A DNA stretch of 64,000 nt, from contig JAQGDQ010000167.1 in NCBI GenBank assembly GCA_030141605.1, positions 1 through 64,000 on the forward strand, given 5' to 3'. The DNA is from Tubiluchus corallicola. Lineage: Eukaryota; Animalia; Priapulida. Shown piece by piece: positions 27,031 to 39,000 of the stretch. The translations under genes were made by a program, and so were the position numbers. A model generated the notes under the pieces. The model searched no databases and had not been told where the DNA came from. It worked only from the letters and a program-made list of their open reading frames with translations. Position 1 is the stretch's first letter. Every line of letters starts with the position of its first letter.

Positions 27031-30000
27031 CGTCATCATCAATCATCATCATCACATGCCTATTACATCTATTGTAGGCAGTCGGCAGGCAGTATTCTAA
27101 AATAAAAGAAATCTGCCCTCAAGACAGATAAGCACAGCAGTAATCCCGCAAAAAACTAGACGCTGCTATGCCAGTGGCTTGTTAGGACCACTGCCGTTAA
27201 CTTCAATTATATAGATAGTGAATGTAACATGGAAATTTTTTTTCGGAAAGACACAGACTAATAAACCTAGAATTATTTGTAAAACTTTCCAAGACTTGTA
27301 CAATGGAGAACATCTCCAACGAGAATAAGAATGTTCATGTGGAGTTTTAAACACGGTGTAAAAAATCAATCTTATTACAATAATATCATTGGATTATTTT
27401 CTGTCAATATTGTTATTGCTGTCATTGTCGTATTGTTATTTTCTTCTCGAATATTGTTTCTTTGTTTTTGCCCTTTTCATTATTTTTTGGTAAGTTTACA
27501 ACGGTAGCATTAACGTTGTATGTGCTCGATGGATATTGCAGGTGTACCCGTACGGGCATGCCGATCTCCAGTTCCAGTTCGCAACAGTTCCTGAAATGGA
27601 CGTTTACGATGCGTTGAAAAAGCTGACCGTTTCAAGTGACTCTGATGGACCAAGTAAAGTTGATGAATTGTTAAAGGCCGGCGACATACAAAGTACATAA
27701 GTGATTTTGTGATGATTAAGAGTTGTTGCTAGCTTACAATGTCCGAATCTATTTAAGCATAGATAACGACGACAATGACGAAAACCACGATGGTGACCAC
27801 GACCACGATGACGGTGTGCAAAGAACATAAGTGATTTTGTGGTGATTAAGAGTTGTTGGTAACTTACAATGTCCGAATCTATTTAGGCATTGATAACGAC
27901 GACGATGACGACAACCACGACCACGATGACGACATGCAAAGAACATAAGTGATATTGTGATGAATAAGAGATATTGGTAACTTACAATGTCCGAATCTCT
28001 GCAATGACCACGACGACAACAACAGCAACAACATTGCTTTGTATATTAAAAGAGAAAGAATTGTGATGTTTTTTTGGGTTTTTTCAAGAGTAGCATAATG
28101 TGTACATATTACATTATGAGTGATGTCACAAGATGACCTCAGGTGACCTTGATTTATGTGTTTTATTTCACTTGGTAATGCATTTCTAAATGGCTTTCCT
28201 TTTTTCATAAATGCAAGATCTTTAGAGGAGCGACTGCCATTTCGATTTTCAACCAAATTAATTGAATTAGCTGTGAGGGTTAGTTGTTGTAGATTGGATA
28301 AGTGCATATAGATATATAAACATAAACAGTATACCGTATATACTCATGTACAAGTCCAATTTTTGGGAGGCGATTTTAAGGTGAAATTTTTGGAGGTCGA
28401 GTTATACTTACGATATGTTTTCGGGAGATTTCGCCAAAGAGTCATCTACAATACGAATATGTAAAGAAATAATCCTTCATTATACGCTGGACTGAATGAA
28501 CAATCATACTGTGATACTTCACATCAGAGAATGTTCGCAACTTCACATTACTTCACAAAATTCACAAATATGACTGTAATTTATTTTAATGTATGTGAAA
28601 TTAAGTTAAAATTTATATATTATCGGTAAATAAACTAGCGATGGAGCACTCGATCAGAACATGGAAATCGCCAATGTTGTGCAGGTGCTGCTGCCTATCG
28701 GCTTCCGCAGGAAGTTTTCCACTGGCCTTGTATATGCGTGTTTTATTGGCAAAATATCGATTACCAGCATACATGCATAAATTTAACGCAACTATTGATT
28801 TATTATTCGGCCATAGTTGACATCATTTACTCTGGAAGATCTTAATATTTTATGGTCGACTTGTACACAGGTAATATATAAAATGATGCAATTTCTGATC
28901 TTAAAATGCACATCGACTTGTACATAAGGTCGACTTGTACACACGTATATACGGTAATTAAAATATGTATATTCGGTTCCAGTGTATAGTTATGCTAATT
29001 GCCTATTATGGTCTATTTGCATCCTTCAATAGAAGTGAAGCAAGTATAGCCTGCATTCATGTTCCCCTGCTTTCGTGTTCTTCACTCCATCTGAAATTGT
29101 CGCCTCTGGAACTTTTTGTAAATTTGTCAGTTTTGCCAGTATGTAAATTTGTCAGTTTTGCTAGTATGAGTAGTGCCGATGTGGCGAGGTCGTTTTGTGT
29201 TGAAAATATTTTCATGCCGATTCTATCTGTACAATAGAAGCGTATAAATGTTTGTTTGACTAAATACAGTGCTACAAAAAATTACTAATGGTTATGTCTA
29301 AGAACTGTTTCTGTTGTCGTCGAGTAATGTCAAGTAAAGGCCACATTGACTATTAAGATGTTTTTTTCCAAATTTAGTGCCACCCAAGGTGGTATTTACC
29401 CAAATTGCATTAAGTAGTAGAAGTAGTAATAATAGTATTGAGGGAATTTATCAGACGTCCCTATCACCTCGGGCCATAATGGTTTTCTACATATTTGCTT
29501 ATACTTTGCTGCATTTCTATTTATCATAGTTAAGAAAGGGCTAATCTGCTGTTGACTCTAAATATACAGAGTTGGCTTTTTAAAAAATCTTGTATTTTAC
29601 TGATAGTTTTACTGTTTACTGATGTGATTGCAGTGATAGTTGAAACATCTAAGTTTTTTGCATACCATGGTCACCTAAATTGTGTCTCTGACTAAGACCT
29701 TTTGCTGTTTTTTTAAAGCGGATATTATTACAAAAGTTTAGTAGTCTTCTTTAGGTATTGCAACTATAGTGAATGTTGCGACATCTGTGCTGAATGCGAA
29801 TGTGACGCGTCTCACGCGTCATGACGGCGTCTCACCAACCAAAAAGCATAAAACTTGGCAGGAAAAAGAAGAAGAGCGAGCATTTCTGCAGAAAAAAGCT
29901 CAGGTAACAATGCGCTGAACGCTTGTAGGGAAATTTCTTTGCAAAGAGGGACCCAGGAAACTCTCTTCTTTTGCAAACACTCTTTCCACGACCAATAACT

Positions 30001-33000
30001 GGAAGTTAATTGTAGGTCTAATTTTGGGCATTTTTTGCTGGACCGTTGTTATGATGTCATCCCAATGTACTCTTTGTTTATAAATTGTTGGCTTGTAGAG
30101 ACATAGTGCACTTGTGCAGGCAATGAAAGTCAGTAAAATGTTTGATCTATGACCCAAGAATTATCAATTTTTGTTCGTGGAATTGAACTGTATTCTTCTA
30201 CATTGTTTTTTAATGAAAATATCGTTTCGTTTCACTTTGCTGGATCACATTAGTGTCATTAAAGGAAGACAGGATGATTTTTCATATACTACACCATTTT
30301 CAAGTTGGACAAAAGTATGCATTTTAACACAATTAATACTGCAAAAGCATTTCTGATAATTAAATAATAGATTAAAAACTTAATTAATGGCTTGCAAGCC
30401 CAACTATTGATGAAATCACAAACGAACATAATTTTTAACATCAAAAATATTCCATGAGCATGTAGCGTGTTTGTGGGGCAAAAATTGAAGTACAGTGCTA
30501 CTGTAAGATATTGTACTAAAACTAGGCATATTTTAAGATAAAAATTCATATTACAAATTTACCGCTGTGTTCACACATGAGCTGTCGAACGTGTGCAGTT
30601 TGTTGTAAACTAACACGTCTGAACTGAGAGGTACAGCACCTGTTTTTTGTGCAATGTGTTTTCGAAATGCAGGCGCTAGTGCCTATCTAACTAGTGAACA
30701 ACTAGCGAAATGCATGTAACAGCGATGAACTTGTGGCTCGAAAGCAAATTTGTGTTTGTGTGATAACAATTCTTTCACGTAAGTCATTTTCAAATAAATA
30801 GCATGTTTCCTACAATATTTTAACGAGTAGATTGTTTTGACCTGCAGTTTAAGACGGGATCCGGTTTTGCTTTAAGCATGGACTTGCTGCATGTATTGAA
30901 GGAAATAGCTGTGATTTGTCTTTTATTAGCGAAAAGTTGTATACATTTTAAGTCCATGAATTTTTTTCTATGCAATTTTTTATTTTGTTAATTACAGGTA
31001 AGAGCATCACTAGTGAACGTTGTGGCTAAGATGCCTGTAGACAGCATGAGTGCTGTGAAGCAGACGTCAACTATTCTGAGTCGAGCCGCCGCAGTCGAAG
31101 CCGAAATGACAGCGAAAACTAAGGTTTGTTTAATCGTGAGTCAGATACTCCATTTACTTTTTATGTGACTCAATTACTTGACTTGTCTCTACTTTTGTTG
31201 GTTTTCTACAGAGAAAGGAGTTTCAAAAGTTTTAACAAGGTTCTTTCCAAATTTATTCTGAGACTTAAATTGAGACAAGAGCATGAACGTGGTCCTGAAA
31301 AAGTGTTTATGATAGACCTAACAATTAATATATGAATCATGTTATAATATTTTCTGAATGCAAGGTAAATGGCTGAGTGGTCACAGTATACTAAGTGAAT
31401 GAAGTTAAGTGACCCCGAGCTTAGTTCATAGGTGGATAGTGCAAAAAACTGTGTCTAGACAGGCTGCTTATGGATATTTACCTAGATGAAGTAAGATGTG
31501 TAAGATTGCTAACAATACGAAGACATCACTGCCAGTTTACTGTGTATTTTTCAGGTTTTTCCATTTGAATGAGCAAGATTCCAGCCCCCTCCCTCCCACA
31601 ATCATGTACATTACGTAGGGCCCTATACTGAATGCTGAATACTGAATTTTGCGATAAACTGTAAAAACGAGTGTTATAGTTGTAAATTAGTTTTTGTGTA
31701 ATTCAACAGTTTAATCTCAAAATTAAAAACTTTTAAATGGTTTAATTCACCCCATTTTATTAATTATACTTTGCAATGACTTTATTTGAGCTGTCGTTCA
31801 ACATTAAGTCTACGTTACATTTACATTATTAGCTTTTAATCTTCTTCACTTGTGGCTCAAAGAACAAGAAAAGGGGTAACTGAAGTAGGTTTAAGAAAAA
31901 TCGCCTTAAAAATAATATTACTTTATAGCAATTTTATGCATATATCGTACCTGCGTTAAAAGGAGTTTTTGTTTTTTTCCATTTCCTACAACACTGTTCC
32001 GACCACGCTAATACATGGGGTCATATACATACAATGTAAATGAGGGGGTTGAAAAGGCAATGTTAAATCTTATCTCAAAAAACTTTCCATACAAAGTTAT
32101 GTTACTTAGCATTTCTCTTACCTGCTTAAAAGACTTATGTAACTAGAAAGGACAATTATTATTTATTTAAAATGTTTTCACCAATTGGTAATATGTCGTT
32201 TTCTGACCCTCCAGGGTGCACCAATGACTAACTAAAATGATTTTTTCATCTTATTGACAAGATTCAGTGACGCGTGTGCCACGAATGTTCTGATTACTTT
32301 TTCAAACTTTACACAATGTCATCTAAACTTGTTTCAAATGACTTATCACGAGAATTGCTGCATCTAACTGTCATCTCTTGAGTTTAAATTTACATGTTTT
32401 ATACAGCGTTACTGCCGACACAACGTGGTATAAAATTTAAATTTCAAATTTTTTAGGCTTTGTATAAGTGGAGGGTTTACACTGTTTCCCGTGGAGCCCA
32501 TCAATGCATTAGTCAATTTCGATAAAAGTAAACATTTTATTACTGTGTATTTAACTCCCTGTGCCATTCTGCTAATGAGTTGTTGGAGACGTGTAATTAA
32601 TTTTGTTTGCTTTGATAGATGGTTGCCATGGACAAGTTTCAGGAAATTGGAAAGGCTTTAAAACGTAATGCGATGGAACATGTTCCGAGCTCTTGCGATT
32701 TAGAAGATTCATCTAGGTATTTTGTCATTCAGCCAGTCATCTTCCTATGACCCCCAATTTGATGCTGATGCAAGTTGCATGTCTGTAGTAAACATGGTGT
32801 TATCCTTAGGTCATAATGTTTGTCTTTATTAATGAGCTGAAATTATATAACAATATCAAATTTAGGTACCTAGGTAGGTGGCAGAAGATGTGATAACGCC
32901 ATTATAATGCAAGGTATGTTGTGATTTAGTCGTGATTTTGTTATCTGACTTCATGCTTTTTTCGCCCGTGCATGCCAGCAGCAGACGACGCTCCATTTTT

Positions 33001-36000
33001 TGTTAATCCCAGCAACTAGGGATGTTGACGATAACAATATGTATCAATAATTGTCATATGGATAATTGTGGATTATCGTATCCTTACTAAAGATTCATTT
33101 TTATCCGTATCATATTGATAATAATCTAGAAATATCGTTATCGTATCGAATTGCGCGCGTATCATTGCTTATCGCTTACCTGTATAAAATCGCTTCACTT
33201 TGTTTTTCCATTTATTTAGATTAAGTACGCAGAAAAATTGACAAAAAGAATTATTTAAAATTATAAGCTCGTCAGCGCCGAATCATTTTCTTGTACTTTC
33301 CCCTAGCAATAGCGGCTATCTTCATTCTGATTTTTGAATCATACTGACGCATGATTGCCAAATACACTGTACAGTGTACCGTATACCCTATACGCATGCC
33401 TTGCACTCCGTCAGCAGCGACTGACTGTTTAGTAGAAGTCGTGACTGAGAAACAGTACAGCGGAATTATCAGAAACATTTCCCGTCTGTAAGTACTGCAA
33501 GAAAATTACACACAATTGTGGCTAAACATTTGAAAGAGGCATATGTCAATGCTAATTATAATACAGATGTAATTGCCAAATGAATCATTGCATCTGCTTG
33601 GTTTCTTAGTTCTTGCTCTGCAAGCAACAATGGGCTGCTCTTGCCAAACTACCCACCTCATTTACATAAACACTTTGTATTTATGCATTACTGAGAGCAC
33701 ATGATAATATAATTGACTATCTGTGACAGATTGGATTCGTGAAGCTAGTAGCTCTTATAGTAGTTGCCTATATTTATAGTACTACCAACTTAATCTGCCA
33801 ATCTGCAACTTAAAGTGTTAAAAACTTAATATAATTATAGTTAGATACCATGCCTCTTTATTAGACATAAAGACACAAAAGACTTGTGTTTCATAACTAG
33901 CAGCCATTTAAGTACACAACACTTAATAATTTTACTTATTAATGATACTTTTTCTGTTGTTCATAAATTGTCTTTTTTATCGCTAGCAATAATTTGTCGT
34001 ATCATATTGTCTAAAAATGGATCATCATTATCGTATCATTATAAAAGTATCGTATCGCATCGTTATCATGTCGCCAAATTTGCACCATTTAACATCCCTA
34101 CCAGCAGCTGCCATTTTTTCAGTTTTTCCGTGAAATCTCGATTTGCTGTGTCTGTTTGGGGCTGCCACCGCCGATGCCAATAGAATCCAGTAATAGCTTC
34201 CCGTTAATTAACACAAGTGATGTTGTTGCCTTACCTTGGGAGAAAGAATTAAAATATACAAAAAGCTACATCGGTTTCATATCGATATCAATATAAGGGG
34301 GAGGTAGGTGGTGGGGCATGTGATGACGCCGTTGTAACGCAAGGAAGGTAGGTCCTCGAAATTGGTCAAAAACTTGATATCGTTATATGTGGATGGCTCC
34401 GAATCAGATGTCTCGGTCGTGAAGTCGATCAGTCAGTAATAATTAATTAAGATATAAGAACAATTTTTATTATTTATTAAAAAAGTTAACAATAATAGTT
34501 GCTAAAGCTTGAGGGTGGCTTCGTGACTTTAAGCAGTCTCGAGGAAGCTGCTCTTCTCTAAAGTGCATGAAATATAATACTTGCACATGATGTTTCGAGT
34601 CCTTCACTCAAAAACTTACCCATAAAAGAACTTCTGTGCAATTAAAAGGTGTCTGTTTTTGCATAGGTCTATCTTAACTGGAGTTTCCACTTTGTTCGGA
34701 GGAGCAATAAAATTCATTAGGGCAGAAGTAATTGAGGACGATGTGGCAACAGATGAGGAAGAAGAAACTCTAGTGGTTGATACCCAGACAACTGAAGAAA
34801 AGTTTGCACAGGTGTGTATTGTACATGATTAAAAGTTATTTTTGTTATATCATTTCAACTGCATCTTTAAAAACAATTTGTCCTTGGTTTTTATGGCAAT
34901 AGTACTGCTAGTACAGCTTACGATGCAACTTATAGTGCCGAACTGATAGAGTTGACAGAATAGTCCTGTATTTGCAAATTCTTGCTGCTTTGTAATTCTG
35001 GTTAGTGCTGCATTGCTGCAATTCAGTAAACTATCTGAGAATCATGAGAATGTGGTTACCTACATGTGATAGATGTGCTTGAAAATGTGGAAAAACAAAC
35101 ATTTTATATAAAATGAAATTTCTACTGTAAATAATGTAATATGTGTTATTGTGTGGTTAGAGCAAGTAACATATTAACTTAATCAATATAGTGGTCACTA
35201 TAAGAAAAGGTAATGGCATTTCTAGCTAACGGTGCATTCAAACTAGGTATCCACTTTCCTATCTGGCAGCAAACTCGTAAGTGTGAACTGTCTTACGAGT
35301 TACTTCAAGAAATTTCAAACTTTCCGACAGTTGCTGCGAGTTGATTTACTGTCTAGTGTGAACCCTTTGGCTAGTGATTGGGAGCTAGTAGATTTTTCTG
35401 GTGGGGGTGGAACTCTTTACCTCCCAACTCATCCACAAATCTGACCAATCTGTTGTGTGATCCCTTATTCACAATAAAAGGTTTTGCAACATACGTGGGC
35501 GGTTGTTGTCCTGCAGTTTTTCAGACGGTAACAAGGCATATGAACCAGAAAATAAATGACACAAGTGTAATTAATCTCTTTTTTAGAGACGTTGCAATGT
35601 CAAAGGAGTCACTTGAAACACCAACGGGTCTAAGTCTTGATGTTACATTTCATGGGGGTCTGCATAGGCATTATTGTTCTCCATGTTGACTGTGACATAC
35701 ATAGATTTCAAACATTCCAACAACAAAATTTCATATGAAATGGAAAAAAGATCATGATTATTTCTATTACTTTTATTTACTTTTTAGTTCATTTAGATAA
35801 ATCAGAGCAGGTCATATTATCACAACTATCAATAACAGTTTTGCGAAGGACAGTTAAGAATAACAAAAATGACAAAGTAATAAGAAAACAAAATGTCTAC
35901 TTGTCAGTTTATCCTTCTCCTGAGAGGTAAGCAACAAGTTCCAATGTGGTCCTGATTTTATTACCCACACGATGCTTCTAAAAACACGCGTGCTTGGTCA

Positions 36001-39000
36001 AAAAACCAACGCTACCATTTTTTAAGTCTTTGGTATAACTCGGTCTGAAGTTCAATCTGCGACCTCCTGGATGGGAAGTGAGCATGGTACCATTGAGCTA
36101 CGCCACCCAGTTTATGAACATGATTATAATCAGGAAGAGGTCAAACCAGAAAGTACAGATATATAATAATATATATACAGTTTAAGCATAATTGGCTGTG
36201 ATGCCGAGACTTTTATGCAAATTTTGCTTTTTTTGAATCTGTTTGTCCATTGACAAAGTTATGAAGAAATAGAGAAGTAATCAGAGCTTCTTATAATCTC
36301 CTAGGCAAAAGATGTTGCAAAAAAGTCCTTGGAGCTTATTGATGACATCGTTACATCCATTAGGACATACAAAGTGCGGGGAGAAGAACCGACTGTAATC
36401 TCTACTGATTTGTTAACAGTTCATGTTGAGCGACGGAAAGCTGTTCATTTAGGAGGTAGTCAAATCTTGGTGATTTAGTTCTGAAAATAATATGTATGCT
36501 TACATAGCAAAATCGTCCAATAGCATAGTTGCCACTTAAGCTTTTCTAGTTATTCACATAGCCTGAATCTCCATTTAGTGAGAATCATTTTGATACTAAG
36601 GTCATTGCTGTACATTATTTTTAAGCTGAGATAATCCACGTTGAAATTGAGGTATAGGTTACATATGATATGAAACACATAATTTTGAGAGAATCGCTAT
36701 TAAAGTTAGCCATTGTTTTTTGTCATGTTTCTGCAAAACATTTAGCAATCGGTGGTTGCTATGGATTTTGCAAGAACCTATTGAAGTTCCCATGAATCCA
36801 ATAGAAAAAACCCGAAGCAAAATCAATGATTCCATGAGTTACTATTGGAGTTTGAAGTTTTTCTCAATTGCAGTGCTAGTTTCTAGCCAGAGAAGTTGGT
36901 ACGGGATTACAAAATTAGATTTTTAGTATTTTTTTAACATTTTCTTGATAGTTTGAACCTATAATATAAACGTCCAATATGTTTAGTGTTTGTTTTTATA
37001 AAAACAAAAAAATAGACATTTGACGAAAATTTCGGTGCATTTTACTTTGAAGCAGAATAATGTAGTTTTAACTATGCTGACTTATGGGGACGGTTTCGGT
37101 TTGTAAGCACACAAATTATGTAGTGTACTTGTCTGCTTTTTTCTTTTATCTGGTGGACTGAAATGTCGTGTTATTCACTTCTTTGTTGTTTGGCTTTTAT
37201 CAATGATTTTAGTCGAATAGCTAACTAATTAAATAATTGCTTTAAGAATTATTTTTATTTGATGAACAATGTAAGAGGTGTTGAACTACTAACATTAAAT
37301 ATTATATTGAATTTTATTTTAATGTAAAGGCAAATGTTTGCAGCATGTTATAGAATGGCAATAGGATCTATCTTCTAGGTTGCCTTACAACAAAATACAC
37401 ATAATTTCTGCAACTTTTATTTTCAGTTCTTTGTTGTTTTGCATGTTTAGAATGTACTGACATTTAGCTTACTTGTCTTGAGTTAATGTTTATTTACAAT
37501 TGTGTGAAAGATTTTGCAACAAACATTTGTATAATGAATTTTTAGAAACTTGGAGATCCTTGCATTTCTTTTCATTTGTTTTTTTGATATAATCGTTTTA
37601 CATAGTAGAGTTTCATTGTAAAAATGACAGGTTATCCAAGAACTGCACCAATATTAATTGTGATTGTAATTGTAGTTGAAAGCTTCAGCTATATCTTTGT
37701 ACTGATACATATTTGCTATCTCTCCATAGACGTATTGTATCTTGTTGCATTATTGATTTTTAGTTAGTAGAATGAATTCTTTTTTGCTTAGGATCAAAAT
37801 TAGACATGGGAGATATTGGTCACTTTGTACTTCCTTCCTCAGAAGCCCTTGTAGATAGAGTGGCGGATGATAAAGTGCTTGACATTGAGGTGGGTATCGA
37901 TGTGAAATAAAGCCATGTTGATCCTAGGTCTGTACGTCTGTCTGTGTTTATTTTCTTTTGCATGTACACTCATATCTTGGTTTGCTGGACAAAAGTGGAA
38001 AGACATCAGTCCGAATTTGCCAATTGTCCGTATTTACTGATACTACTTATATAAAATAGCTCTGCAATATTTTATATAAAAGAGATATGCACGTGGTTAC
38101 GCTGATGTAATAATCTAAACAAAGTGACGACCCGCCAGCTAGCGGTCAGCTCCCAAAACAGCGGACTGTGTCAGTAGTATGTGGATTTTGTCCATTCTTT
38201 CTATACCCTTAAAAGCGAGGTCGAGCAAACAGAGATAAGAGTGTACATGATTTTTTTAAAGAAATTAAGTAGTACAACCCTGGTATTGAATTGAACTGAG
38301 TTAACTACAACCGTCACATTATGTGTGTAAAGCAAAACCGTCTGCCGCAACAGTTTAGTAACTTCAGTAGTTTTACATGTACTTACTTAATTATGCATTA
38401 GTCTGTACAGAGAATGATTTACTAGCAGGATCTTGCTTGGGGATAAGAAAAAATGAACTAGGTAATGTTCTAGCTAGCTGTTAAAACTGTTACTATTACA
38501 ACAGCAAGGGCTGTGAGATGTTGTCAAGAGTACACAAATGTGTTGCCTGGTACACTTAACCTCCGACCTTTTCACGATCAGCATCAATCACTGGAGCTGT
38601 GAAAAAGGCTTATTACCTTAACTTCCTAAAGAATGTTGCACAGTTGGTATAAAAACCATTATGAAGGATGATGTGTACAGTGTGGCAGTATTAACTGATG
38701 ACATGCTTTTCTCTGAAAGCAGATGCTTTACATGAGAGATAATCCGTACACCTGGGATGAATCTGCTGCTCTCGTTAACACACCTGTAGCTAGCATTGTT
38801 CTTGATGATGATGAAAATGTAACCACGCTTGAAGCTGTATCACTTTCTGAACCAATCGAGTTTTTTATTGATATACCAGGTATGACGTCTTGCTTTTGTG
38901 TGCCGTAGAAGAGTGGTAGGTGCTTTTTTTAAAACCTATCTATTCACGAATTTTTGTAGAAAGTAAACCGGTGTACGTTTATTATTAATCTAATAAGATT

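Noticed and set aside
27510-28307. Overlapping minus-strand ORFs, duplicated at 55299-56096
   Set aside because: They derive from a tandem repeat and the antisense of a real exon. Their conservation between copies only reflects the recent inverted duplication.
31362-31445. Possible tRNA or 5S rRNA gene (GGCTGAGTGGTC...GAAGTTAAG)
   Set aside because: Too degenerate to fold or align by eye; at most a SINE remnant.
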